Shown here piece by piece: positions 26,491-35,515 of a stretch of DNA of 55,114 nt. Location of the stretch: contig CAZFSO010000004.1 in NCBI GenBank assembly GCA_964522095.1, positions 18,285-73,398 of the forward strand. The letters are read 5' to 3'. The notes below the pieces were generated by a model. That model had not been told where the DNA came from. It did not search any database and saw only the letters and a list, made by a program, of their open reading frames with translations. Origin of the DNA: an uncultured Phycisphaeraceae bacterium (lineage in GTDB: Bacteria > Planctomycetota > Phycisphaerae > Phycisphaerales > UBA1924). The position numbers were made by a program, and so were the translations under genes. The stretch's first letter is position 1. Each line of letters starts with the position of its first letter.

Positions 26491-27006
26491 TCAGGCCTTG
26501 AGGGCCACCGCCACGCGTTCGACCGTTTCTCGCGCGTGCGCCAGCGAAGTGGCCCGCGACTTGCGCACGGCAGAGCGCCACGCGAAGGGCGCCGGGACCA
26601 CCGTCAGGGGCAGGTACCAGACCCAGGTGTCCATCCACGGGGCCGAAGCCATCAGCCGCTCGTACCACACGAAGGTGTGCATGAACCCGTCGGTGATCGG
26701 CAGGCCGGGCCAGACCGTCAGCACGAGGACCGCCGCGAAAATCCAGGGGGCTCTTCGCGGCATGTGCAACTCGAACGCCGCCCGCCCGTCGGCGGCGCGG
26801 ACCAGCACCCGACCCTCGAACGGCGCGCCGTGGGCCGCGAACGACGCGTCGGCGCCGTTGACGCCTCCTGGTTCGTAGCCGGCGAGGTTGCCGCGCTTGG
26901 ACATGGTGCCCAGGCGGGCGAGGAGCTCGTCGCGGGTCAGCGTGGTATCGACGGTGGCGATGTGGTTCTCGGTCGTGGTCACTGGGCCCTCCGGGGGCTG
27001 CATCAT
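26491..27006 (-). CDS. Hypothetical membrane protein (two predicted TM segments)
   Basis: C-terminal 171 aa of track ORF 26491..27192, starting MMQPPEG. Hydrophobic WIFAAVLVLTVWPGLPI and WVWYLPLTVVPAPFAW. GC-rich third codon positions. No family recognised. Confidence 0.45.
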   Translation of the reverse strand: MMQPPEGPVTTTENHIATVDTTLTRDELLARLGTMSKRGNLAGYEPGGVNGADASFAAHGAPFEGRVLVRAADGRAAFELHMPRRAPWIFAAVLVLTVWPGLPITDGFMHTFVWYERLMASAPWMDTWVWYLPLTVVPAPFAWRSAVRKSRATSLAHARETVERVAVALKA

Positions 27007-27071
27007 GGCCGCGAACCCGGCCCGCGTCCAATCGGCACGCGGCGTGCATCGAGTGGATCGGAGAATCTCTT

Positions 27072-27464
27072 GTGAGCCCGATCCCCTTCCATGCCGTGCA
27101 GGCCGCGCCGCCACCGGGTGCGCACGAGGCGTCCGTGTTGCTTCCGGGCGACGCGCGGTGGGTTCTGGCAGCACGGGCGACGTTGGCCGCACAGCACGGG
27201 CCGGTGGGCGACGAAGCGCGCGGGCGCCTGACGGAATGGGCGGCGCGAAGGGGTATTCTGCCCATTCATGCGGCGTCCATCATCGCCATCGCCGAAGGCG
27301 CGGCCCGTCACGGCGGGCTGTCGGGCGCGGACGCCGAGGCCATCGCGCGCCTGCCCGCGCCCGGCGACCCGCGTGCCCCCGACCGCCTGGGACGGACGCT
27401 CCGGCTGGTGATCGGCGTGCAGGTCGTCGTCGCCGCGGTCCTGCTGGCGGCCCGGATGTCGTAG
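27072..27464 (+). CDS. Hypothetical small protein with a C-terminal TM helix
   Basis: 130-aa ORF with a GTG start, GC-rich third codon positions and the C-terminal LRLVIGVQVVVAAVLLAA. No family recognised. Confidence 0.4.
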   Translation: MSPIPFHAVQAAPPPGAHEASVLLPGDARWVLAARATLAAQHGPVGDEARGRLTEWAARRGILPIHAASIIAIAEGAARHGGLSGADAEAIARLPAPGDPRAPDRLGRTLRLVIGVQVVVAAVLLAARMS

Positions 27465-27637
27465 CCCCGAAAGGGGCGCTGTCAGTCGCCGCGGGTGGAG
27501 CGGAGCGGAACCCGTGGTTCGGGCGTCGTCGTTTGATCGCGGCCCCGGAGGGGCGGAGGTGGACCTGTCATCCCCGAACTGACGCGCTTCATCCGCGACG
27601 GGTGGCTGTCGCCACGCCCGGCGTGATGCCCTCATCC

Positions 27638-29059
27638 TCACGGGATCAGGTCCACGGCGATCTCGCGCTGCGAGCCGTCCTCGGCGAGGACGGTCATCGG
27701 GACGCGGGCGCCGGTCAGGAGGCCCCCGTCTGCCGCCGCGACCATGAACTCGTCGAACCCCGCCACCGGCTCGCCGGCGACGGCGACGATGGTGTCACCC
27801 GCGCGCAGGCCGGACGCGGCCGCCGGCAGGCCGTCCCAGACCTGGACGACGAGCACGCCGCCGTCGGCTCCCGCGTCGGTCAGGATCGCCCCGAGACGGA
27901 TCTGGGTCGGCTGGGCGAGGCGCTGGGCGAGCACCTGGGGGCGGATGGGCGCGAGGGTCACGGACAGGTCGACGAGGTCGCCGTCGCGCCACAGCCGGAT
28001 CTCGACCTGCTCGCCGGGCCTGCCGGAACTGACGAGCGAACTGAGCGCCTCGGTGCTGAAGACCGGGCTGCCGCGCACGCTGACGATCACGTCGCCCGCG
28101 CGGACGCCGGCGCGGTCGCTCGGCCCGCCGGGCTCGACGTCGGCGACGCGGACCCCGGTGAGGGTCTGCCCCGTGTCGGTGACGACCCGGTCGAGCCCGT
28201 CGCCCGCCCGCCCGAACGAGATGCCCATGTAGCCGCGGGAGACGGCCCCGTGACGGATCAACTGGTCGACGATCGGCTCGATGGTGCCCAGCGGGATGGC
28301 GAAACTGATGCCGGCCGAGTCGCCGCCGGCGTCCTCGGGGCGGGCGCCGAGCGAGCGTGATGTGGCGATGGCGACGTTCATGCCGATCACGTGGCCGTCG
28401 CTGTTGGTCAGAGGGCCGCCCGAGTTGCCGGGGTTCACGGCGGCGTCGGTCTGGATGTAGTTGGTGTACCCCCCCGGGATCGACGACCCCGGCGCCTGGC
28501 GGCCAAGCCCCGACACCACGCCCTCGGACATCGAGAACTTGAAGCCGAACGGCGATCCGAACGCGAAGACCCGCTCACCGACGCGCGGCAGGCGGTCCTG
28601 GCTGCGCAACGCGGGGAACAGGTCGCGCCGGGGGCGTTCGACCTTCACGACGGCGATGTCGGTGTAGACGTCCGCGCCGACGAGCGAGCCGGTGGTGACC
28701 ACGCCGTCGCCGAACTCGACCGCCACGCGCCGGGCGCCCCGCACCACGTGGGCGTTCGTGACGACGTGGCCGAGGTCGTCGTAGACCCACCCCGCGCCGG
28801 AAGAGCCGAGCAGCCCGCGGCGCTCGCCGGTGGCCTCGATGTGCACCACGCTCGGGCCGACGGCCTCGGAGATGGCGGCCACCGCGTCGTCGATCTGGCG
28901 CAGGATGTTGTCCCCGGCCAGGTGCTGACGGGCGAGCAGGATGCGTGCGGACTGCTCGGCCAGGGCGTACCGGCGCAGCAGGCGCGGCGTGCCCACGATG
29001 AGCAGCAGCCCCGCCGCGACGAGCAGCAGCAGCGGGGTCACCGTCCGCAGACGCCTCAC
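27638..29059 (-). CDS. htrA: HtrA/DegP-family periplasmic serine protease with two PDZ domains
   Basis: Catalytic triad contexts VVTNAHVV, DIAVVKV and GNSGGPL. N-terminal anchor VTPLLLLVAAGLLLIVG. GTG at 29059-29057 overlaps the panB TGA (GTGA). Confidence 0.9.
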   Translation of the reverse strand: MRRLRTVTPLLLLVAAGLLLIVGTPRLLRRYALAEQSARILLARQHLAGDNILRQIDDAVAAISEAVGPSVVHIEATGERRGLLGSSGAGWVYDDLGHVVTNAHVVRGARRVAVEFGDGVVTTGSLVGADVYTDIAVVKVERPRRDLFPALRSQDRLPRVGERVFAFGSPFGFKFSMSEGVVSGLGRQAPGSSIPGGYTNYIQTDAAVNPGNSGGPLTNSDGHVIGMNVAIATSRSLGARPEDAGGDSAGISFAIPLGTIEPIVDQLIRHGAVSRGYMGISFGRAGDGLDRVVTDTGQTLTGVRVADVEPGGPSDRAGVRAGDVIVSVRGSPVFSTEALSSLVSSGRPGEQVEIRLWRDGDLVDLSVTLAPIRPQVLAQRLAQPTQIRLGAILTDAGADGGVLVVQVWDGLPAAASGLRAGDTIVAVAGEPVAGFDEFMVAAADGGLLTGARVPMTVLAEDGSQREIAVDLIP

Positions 29060-29979
29060 GGGCGTGTCTCCCGGCCGGAGGCGGGCTTGCCCGCGGCGCT
29101 CTGGGCGGGGTCGGCCTGCGCGCCAGACCGCATCGTGTAGCGCGACCCGCCGATCCGGTCGGTGCGCACGCGCTCGGCCCACTCGGCCCCGGCGGCTCGG
29201 ATGCGCTCGCCGAGCGACTCGACCGGCTCGGCGAACCGCGGCGGGTGGTCGGTCAGCCCAAGCAGGTCGTGGACGACCAGGATCTGCCCGTGGCAGGCGG
29301 TGCCGGCGCCGATGCCGATCACCGGGACGCTCGTCGCCTCGACCACCTTGCGGGTGACCTCCTCGGGCACCGCCTCGACCAGGACGAGCACGGCGCCGGC
29401 GCGTTCCATCGCGACGGCGTCACGCACGATCGCCGCCATCGCGTCCTCGGTCCGGCCTTGGGCGGTCGGGCCGCCCAGGACCGCGGTCGTCTGCGGGCGG
29501 AAGCCGACGTGGGCGCACACGGGCACGCCAGCGCGCGTCAGCCGGTCGACCAGCGGCGCGAAGGTCTCGTCGACCTCCAGTTTCACCACGTCCGCGAGGC
29601 CCTCGCGCATGAAACGGGCCGCGTTGTGCATCGCGGCCTCCACCGAGGCGTGGTAACTCATGAAGGGCATGTCGGCCATCACCAGCGTGCGCGGCGCACC
29701 GCGTTTCAGGGCAGCGGTGATCTGGACCAGGAAATCCAGCGGCGCGTCGATGGTGCGTTCGAAGCCCAGCACGACCTGGGACGCCGAGTCGCCGGCCAGC
29801 AGCACGTGGACCCCGCCGCGTTCGAGCCACCGGGCGGTGGTGGCGTCGTAGGCCGCCAGGCAGGCGAACTTCTCGCCGCGCGCGGCCATGCGGCGCAGGG
29901 TCTTGAGGGTGACCGGCTCCCGCAGGGCGGCCACGCCGGGGCGGTCCGAACTGTCGGGGTTTGGGGGCGACAGGCTCAC
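29056..29979 (-). CDS. panB: 3-methyl-2-oxobutanoate hydroxymethyltransferase (ketopantoate hydroxymethyltransferase)
   Basis: 307-aa ORF with KFACLAAYD, LLAGDSASQVVLG, VMADMPFMSY, VKLE and HVGFRPQ motifs. GTG start at 29979. Confidence 0.92.
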   Translation of the reverse strand: MSLSPPNPDSSDRPGVAALREPVTLKTLRRMAARGEKFACLAAYDATTARWLERGGVHVLLAGDSASQVVLGFERTIDAPLDFLVQITAALKRGAPRTLVMADMPFMSYHASVEAAMHNAARFMREGLADVVKLEVDETFAPLVDRLTRAGVPVCAHVGFRPQTTAVLGGPTAQGRTEDAMAAIVRDAVAMERAGAVLVLVEAVPEEVTRKVVEATSVPVIGIGAGTACHGQILVVHDLLGLTDHPPRFAEPVESLGERIRAAGAEWAERVRTDRIGGSRYTMRSGAQADPAQSAAGKPASGRETRP

Positions 29980-30037
29980 GCGGGAGCATAGGGGGCCGGG
30001 CCCTGCGCCTCGCGCCCGCCGGCCTGGGGCCGGGGCG

Positions 30038-31039
30038 TCACGCCTGGCCGAAGAACGCCCGGTGGTGGGCCAGGATCTCCCGGCACCGCGACTCGTCCGG
30101 CTGGTCCCGGTCGTCGCCCTCCAGGAAGCACCCCCCGAGCACGAGCGCGTCGCGCCGCGGGAAGAGGTACTTGTACCCGTCGTGGACGATGTACCCCAGG
30201 GGCTGCGGCCGGACCAGCACCAGCATGCCCCGGGCCGGGTACATGGCCGTGTCGCCGAACAGGTCGCGCGAGCCCATCGCCAGGCAGTTGACCACGACCG
30301 GTTCGGGCAACGCCGCGACCTCTTCGAGACGGGTGATCCGCCGGGTCTCGAAGATGCCGCCGAGCGAGCGGACCTCGTCCAGCAGCGCGGCCAGCAGGAC
30401 CGGGGTGTGCATGAACAGGGTGCGGAAGACCCGGCCGGGCTGGGGATGCGCCCCGACTGGCAGCACGTCCAACGGGACGGGGGCCGCGAGCGTGCCGTTG
30501 TTGAAGAACTCGGGCGAGTCGGGCGCGCCCTCGGGCTCGTAGACCGGCATCTCCTCGACGCCGAAACGCTCGGGAAGGGCCCGCAGGCCGTCGATCGACC
30601 GGCGCAGGATGGCGTGGAACCACGCCGTCCGCTCGGCCGTCCGGCCGAACTCGATCCCGGTGGGCAGCCAGACGGCCCCGGCGACCATGCTGACCGTCTC
30701 GGTCGCCGGACGCTCGGCGATCAGGCGGACCCGGCGTCCGGACTGGAGCAGGCGCAGGGCGGTCATCAGGCCGACCGCGCCGGCGCCGAGCACGGCGACG
30801 GGCTCGTCCGGCTCGGCGTGCGCGTCGACCAGGCGCACGACCTCGTCGGCCGTGCCAAGGCCGATGGTCACGCCGCAGCCGCCGTGGCCGTAGTTGTGGA
30901 TGACAGTCTTCCCGCCCGCGTCGGAGCCGAGCGTCTCGGCCTCGATCCGCAGGCCGCCGCGTCGGCACGGACGCAGCCCGGCGACGGTGCGGAGCACGCT
31001 CGCGTCGCTCAGATCGGGGACCGGCAGGGTCTTGACCAT
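30038..31039 (-). CDS. D-amino-acid oxidase (DAO) family FAD flavoenzyme with circularly permuted segment order
   Basis: 333-aa ORF. The normally C-terminal GLRPCRRGGLRIE...VIHNYGHGGCGVT lies at aa 20-58. The normally N-terminal Rossmann motif VAVLGAGAVGLMTAL lies at aa 81-95. The rest (VVVNCLAMGS, ARGMLVLV, ALVLGG) follows in canonical order. Confidence 0.8.
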   Translation of the reverse strand: MVKTLPVPDLSDASVLRTVAGLRPCRRGGLRIEAETLGSDAGGKTVIHNYGHGGCGVTIGLGTADEVVRLVDAHAEPDEPVAVLGAGAVGLMTALRLLQSGRRVRLIAERPATETVSMVAGAVWLPTGIEFGRTAERTAWFHAILRRSIDGLRALPERFGVEEMPVYEPEGAPDSPEFFNNGTLAAPVPLDVLPVGAHPQPGRVFRTLFMHTPVLLAALLDEVRSLGGIFETRRITRLEEVAALPEPVVVNCLAMGSRDLFGDTAMYPARGMLVLVRPQPLGYIVHDGYKYLFPRRDALVLGGCFLEGDDRDQPDESRCREILAHHRAFFGQA

Positions 31040-31049
31040 GCGGTCAACG

Positions 31050-31781
31050 CTAGGTCGGATCCGCGGCCTCTTCGCCGGTTTTCTCCGGCTTTTCCAGCGC
31101 CGTGACGCGCACGACCACCGGCGTGCCGACCTTCGGCACGCGCTCCTTGTCGGCGATCCACACCGGCTCGTCGACCGCGGCCTGCGGGCTCAGGTCCCAC
31201 GCGGCGGCAATGACCTCCGTGCCGAACCCGGTCAGGCCGATGATCGTGCCCGCCCGGTCGGCCGCGTAGCGGATGTCCCCGCCGTCGATCCGCGAGCCAG
31301 CGAAGACCAGCGCCCAGGCGTCGGCCTCAGGCAGGCGCTGGCCGGTCTCCTTGTGCACCGCCCAGGACGCCAGGTCCACGAACGCGCCGGGCTTGCCCTC
31401 CTCAACAACCGCCACCTCGACCCGCACCCGCGGCCCCGCCGGCGCCTGGGCGGCCTTCGCGCCCTCCCAGCGCACCGGCCGGCCGGGTTCGAGCCCGGCC
31501 GCCAGCAGACCGGCGTGGATGACCGAGGGCGTCACCGTGGTGACGACCAGGGATTCGTGCTCGCGCGAGTCCGGCCCGGTCACCAGCAGTTCCAGGTACA
31601 CCACCGGCGTCTGCGGGTGGCTCAGGTCGGCGCAGACCTCGCCGCGGAACTCCACGAAGCGCTCGCCGACGCGCACGCCGGGCAGCAGTTCCTTCGCGGG
31701 CGCGTCGGCGGCCGCGTCGGACGCCGGCGGCTCACCCGACGCCCACAGCAACGCGGCGGCGATCAGCGCGTGCGTCATCAT
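31050..31781 (-). CDS. Secreted hypothetical protein (possibly YdjY-domain-like, common in Planctomycetota)
   Basis: Signal-like N-terminus MMTHALIAAALLWASG. The VEFRGEVC...LELLVTGPDSREHESLVV...VIHAGLLAAGLEPGRP pattern was recognised from memory only. Its ATG overlaps the murD stop (ATGA). Confidence 0.5.
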   Translation of the reverse strand: MMTHALIAAALLWASGEPPASDAAADAPAKELLPGVRVGERFVEFRGEVCADLSHPQTPVVYLELLVTGPDSREHESLVVTTVTPSVIHAGLLAAGLEPGRPVRWEGAKAAQAPAGPRVRVEVAVVEEGKPGAFVDLASWAVHKETGQRLPEADAWALVFAGSRIDGGDIRYAADRAGTIIGLTGFGTEVIAAAWDLSPQAAVDEPVWIADKERVPKVGTPVVVRVTALEKPEKTGEEAADPT

Positions 31782-33157
31782 CGTTCCGCTCCTTCCGTAG
31801 CCTGCCGGGCGAAGGCCTCGAACGCCCGGCCCCGCGCCTCAAAGTGCTCGAACTGGTCCCACGACGCGCACCCCGGGCTGAGCAGCACGGCGTCCCCCGG
31901 GCGCGCGTTCGCGACCGCCGCCCGGACCGCGGCGTCCAGCGTTCCGCAACGCGACACGACCCCGGCCGCTTCCACCCGTTCCGCCCCGTCCGCGATGGCG
32001 TCGCCCGTCGCCCCGATCGTGTAGAGCCCGGCGGTGCGCGATGCGAGCGCCGAAATGCCCGACAGGTCGACCCGCTTGTCGTACCCCCCGCAGATCAGGT
32101 GGACGCGTCCCTCGCCGAGCGTGTGCCCCATCGCGTCGACCGCGAGGGCCGTCGCCCCGGGCACGGTGCTCTTGGAATCGTCGTAGAACCGGACCCCGTC
32201 GGCCTCGTGGACCAGGCGCAGGCGGTGGGGCAGCCCAGGGAAGGTGCGCACCGCGTCTTCGAGTCGGGACTCCTCCAGGCGGACGCCCGCGACCCGGTCG
32301 GCCCCCAGGCGGGCCGCGGTGACGGCCACCCGGGCGTTCCACGCGTTGTGCGCACCGGGAACCACGCAGCCCTCGACGCCCTCGCCCGGCCCGACGACGA
32401 TCCGCTCGACGCCCTCGGCGGTGGGCCAGCCCGCCACCCCGTGCCCGAGCACCACGGCGTCCCCCGGACGCTGGTGGCTCAGCAGGCGTTCCTTGCTCTG
32501 CCGGTAGTGGCTCTCCGAGCCGTGCCAGTCCAGGTGGTTCGGCTCCAGGTTCGTCACCACGCCCACGCGCGGCGACCACGCCTCGGCCCCCAGCCAGTGC
32601 AGCATCGCGCTGGACAGTTCGAGCACCACGACCGTCTTCTGCCCGATCTTCGCCGCCCGGTCGAGCAGAGACCCCCCGATGTTGCCGCCCAGGACGCAGT
32701 CCACCCCGCAGGCGCGGAGCGCGTGGTCGATCATCGCGCTGGTGGTGCTCTTGCCGGCCGACCCGGTCACGCCCACCACGCGATCTCTCCCCAGCAGGCG
32801 GACGGCCAAGCCGATCTCGGTGGTCAACTCGATCCCCGCGGCCTGCGCCGCCCGGACGAACCGGTCGTCCCACGGACGCGGCACCGCGGGGTTGACGACG
32901 ACGACGTCGGCCGTCGTGAAATCATTGACGCGGTGCTCGCCGAGGCGCAGTTCCACCCGCCCGCCCTCGACCAGGTCCTGGACCTGCGACACCGAGCCGG
33001 CCAGGCGATCGGCGGGGTCGCGGTCGGTCACCAGCACGTCCGCCCCCCGCTCGGCTAGCCAGCGCGTCACGCCAACGCCCCCGCCGAAGCGTCCCAGCCC
33101 CATCACGACCACCCGGCGTCCTTCGAGCGATTCCATGCCCGCCTCCTCGGCCGTCAT
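31778..33157 (-). CDS. murD: UDP-N-acetylmuramoylalanine--D-glutamate ligase
   Basis: 459-aa ORF with VVVMGLGRFGGG and the P-loop GVTGSAGKSTT. Mur ligase length and organisation. An alternative start at 33136 is possible. Confidence 0.92.
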   Translation of the reverse strand: MTAEEAGMESLEGRRVVVMGLGRFGGGVGVTRWLAERGADVLVTDRDPADRLAGSVSQVQDLVEGGRVELRLGEHRVNDFTTADVVVVNPAVPRPWDDRFVRAAQAAGIELTTEIGLAVRLLGRDRVVGVTGSAGKSTTSAMIDHALRACGVDCVLGGNIGGSLLDRAAKIGQKTVVVLELSSAMLHWLGAEAWSPRVGVVTNLEPNHLDWHGSESHYRQSKERLLSHQRPGDAVVLGHGVAGWPTAEGVERIVVGPGEGVEGCVVPGAHNAWNARVAVTAARLGADRVAGVRLEESRLEDAVRTFPGLPHRLRLVHEADGVRFYDDSKSTVPGATALAVDAMGHTLGEGRVHLICGGYDKRVDLSGISALASRTAGLYTIGATGDAIADGAERVEAAGVVSRCGTLDAAVRAAVANARPGDAVLLSPGCASWDQFEHFEARGRAFEAFARQATEGAER

Positions 33158-33164
33158 CGGCCCC

Positions 33165-35492
33165 CTACATCATCGCCAAAGGGTCGACGTCGACCGCAGT
33201 CGCCGCGTCGCTCTTCACAAGCCCCCTGGCCCGCAACGCGCCAAGCACCGCCTGGATCGAGCGCGGGTCGTCGGCCGTCAGTTCCACGCTGACACGCCAT
33301 TTGTCCGTGATCCGGGCGATGACGCAGTCCTGCGGCCCCTGCACCCGCACCCTTGTCCCGCCGGCCTCGGCCATCAGGCCGGCCAGTTCGGCGGCCCGGT
33401 TCCAGGCCTTCTCGTGGTCCTCGTCACGCACGACCACCCGCGCCATCCGCGTCGAGGGGGGCAGCCCCGCCCGGCGCCGGTTGGCGACCTCCCGCTCGGC
33501 GAACGCCGCGTAGTCGTGCCGCCCGGCGAGCACGATCGCCGGGTTGTCCGGGTTGTAGGTCTGCACGACGACCACGCCCGGGCGGTCACCTCGGCCCGCC
33601 CGGCCCGCGACCTGGGCGACCAGTTGGAAGGTGCGTTCCTCGGCCCGGAAGTCGGGCAGCGTCAGCGCGGTGTCGGCGCTGAGCACCCCGACCAGCGACA
33701 CGCCCGGGAAGTCCAGCCCCTTGGCGATCATCTGCGTGCCCAAGAGCACCCGCAGTTCGCCCCTCCCGAAGCGCCCGAGCACGTCGAAGTAGTCCGCCGC
33801 CCGCCGCATGGTGTCCGCGTCGACGCGCTCGAAGCCCGTGCCCCGCAGCAGCCCGTGGGAAGCGCCGAACCGGCGCTCGAGTTCCTCCTCGACGCGCTGC
33901 GTGCCCGAGCCGAGTTCCACCAGCGGCTTGCCGGAGATCGGGCAGCGGTGGGGGATGAGGCGCTCGTCGCCGCAGTGGTGGCAGCGGACGTAGCGCCGCC
34001 CGCCCTGCTCGCGCACGCTGCCGCGGTGGACGACCATGGTCGCGTCGCAGCGTTCGCACTCCAGTTTCCAGCCGCAGGTGCGGTCCGAGCAGACCACCAC
34101 CGAGGCGAACCCGCGCCGGTTGAGCAGCAGGATGGCCTGCCCGCCGGCGTCGAGGGCCTGCCCGAGCGCCTTGTGGAGCGTCGGGCCGATCGCGTCCTCC
34201 TCGGACGCTCGCCCGCGTTCCTGGCGCATGGCGGGGCGCTCGCGCGCCATGTCGACCACCGTCACCCGCGGCATGCGCCCCCCGCCGACCCGCTCGCCCA
34301 GGCGCCACAGCGCGAAGCGGCCCGACCGGGCGTTGTGCCAACTCTCAAGCGCCGGCGTGGCCGAGCCGAGCACGACCGTGCAGCCCTCGATGTGGGCGCG
34401 CTTGATCGCGACGTCGCGGGCGTGGTAGCGGGGCAGTTGGTCCTGCTTGTACGACGCGTCGTGCTCCTCGTCGACCACGATCACGCCCAGGTTGCGCACC
34501 GGGGCGAAGACGGCCGACCGGGCGCCGACGACCACCCGCGCCTCGCCGCAGGCCGCGGCCTGCCATTGCTTGTGCCGGGCCGACGCGCTCAGGCCCGAGT
34601 GCAGCACCGCGACGCCGTGCTCGCGGAAGCGGGCGACGAACCGCCCGGCGGTCTGCGGCGTCAGCGCGATCTCGGGCACCAGGACGATCGCGTTGCGCCC
34701 GGCCCCGAGCACGCGGTCCAGCACGCGCAGGTACACCTCGGTCTTGCCCGACCCCGTGACCCCGTGCACCAGGTGGACGCCGAAGCCGCCCAGCGTCGCG
34801 CCGATCCCCTCGACCACGCCCGCCTGGGCCTCGGTCAACCGTGCGACCGGGGGCGAGGACTCGGCCTGCTCGAAGAGTTCCGGCGCCCGCACCTCTCGCC
34901 GCTCGACCCACTCCAGCACGCCCATGGCGATCAGGCGGTTGACCGGGCCCGCATTGGAGACCCCCAGCAGCGTGCCGAGGTCGCGCGGCTCCATCGGGAA
35001 TGCGCCCGGGTCGACCCCCCGCAACGCCTCCCAGGCGCTGGCGACGGTCGGGGTCAGCCCGCCCGGGGGCTCGGCGCCCTCGACCCGGCGGATCAGGCGG
35101 ACGGTCCGGCTCCCCGTGCCCGCCTTCACCGCCGCGGGGAGCATCGAGGCGAGCACCATCCCGACCGGACAGCAGTAGTACCCCGCCAGCCAGCGGCCCA
35201 GTTCGACCAAGGGTTCGGGGAGTCGGGCGCCCGTGACCCGGTGCACGGGCTTGACGCGTCCGGGCTCGTAACCGCCGAGCATCTCGGCGCCGCCGACTTC
35301 CAGCACCACGCCGCCGACGCGCTGGTTGTTGCGTCCGACCGGCACCTCGACGCGGTCGCCGATGCGGATCGACTCCCCCTCAAACCGGTAGGTCAGGCCG
35401 TCGTCCCGGTCCACGCCGCGCTCGACCGCGACCCGGACGAACACGCTCCCCGCGGCCACGTTGTCCACGCCCCGGAAGGGCAGAAGCGTCAT
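33165..35492 (-). CDS. priA: Primosomal protein N' (replication restart helicase PriA)
   Basis: 775-aa ORF with Walker A GVTGSGKTEVY, DEEH box VVDEEHDASYKQ, and a Cys-rich zinc region CSDRTCGWKLECERCD...CHHCG. Confidence 0.92.
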   Translation of the reverse strand: MTLLPFRGVDNVAAGSVFVRVAVERGVDRDDGLTYRFEGESIRIGDRVEVPVGRNNQRVGGVVLEVGGAEMLGGYEPGRVKPVHRVTGARLPEPLVELGRWLAGYYCCPVGMVLASMLPAAVKAGTGSRTVRLIRRVEGAEPPGGLTPTVASAWEALRGVDPGAFPMEPRDLGTLLGVSNAGPVNRLIAMGVLEWVERREVRAPELFEQAESSPPVARLTEAQAGVVEGIGATLGGFGVHLVHGVTGSGKTEVYLRVLDRVLGAGRNAIVLVPEIALTPQTAGRFVARFREHGVAVLHSGLSASARHKQWQAAACGEARVVVGARSAVFAPVRNLGVIVVDEEHDASYKQDQLPRYHARDVAIKRAHIEGCTVVLGSATPALESWHNARSGRFALWRLGERVGGGRMPRVTVVDMARERPAMRQERGRASEEDAIGPTLHKALGQALDAGGQAILLLNRRGFASVVVCSDRTCGWKLECERCDATMVVHRGSVREQGGRRYVRCHHCGDERLIPHRCPISGKPLVELGSGTQRVEEELERRFGASHGLLRGTGFERVDADTMRRAADYFDVLGRFGRGELRVLLGTQMIAKGLDFPGVSLVGVLSADTALTLPDFRAEERTFQLVAQVAGRAGRGDRPGVVVVQTYNPDNPAIVLAGRHDYAAFAEREVANRRRAGLPPSTRMARVVVRDEDHEKAWNRAAELAGLMAEAGGTRVRVQGPQDCVIARITDKWRVSVELTADDPRSIQAVLGALRARGLVKSDAATAVDVDPLAMM

Positions 35493-35515
35493 GACGGACC
35501 ATACACTTCATCCCG

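Noticed and set aside
27465-27637. 173-bp convergent intergenic region, examined for a tRNA, small RNA or bidirectional terminator.
   Set aside because: There is no cloverleaf-compatible arrangement and no GTTCGAATC-like T-loop. Only short 4-5-bp GC hairpins without U-tracts are present (for example GCCCC-GAAA-GGGGC at 27467-27480). Nothing here is supportable.
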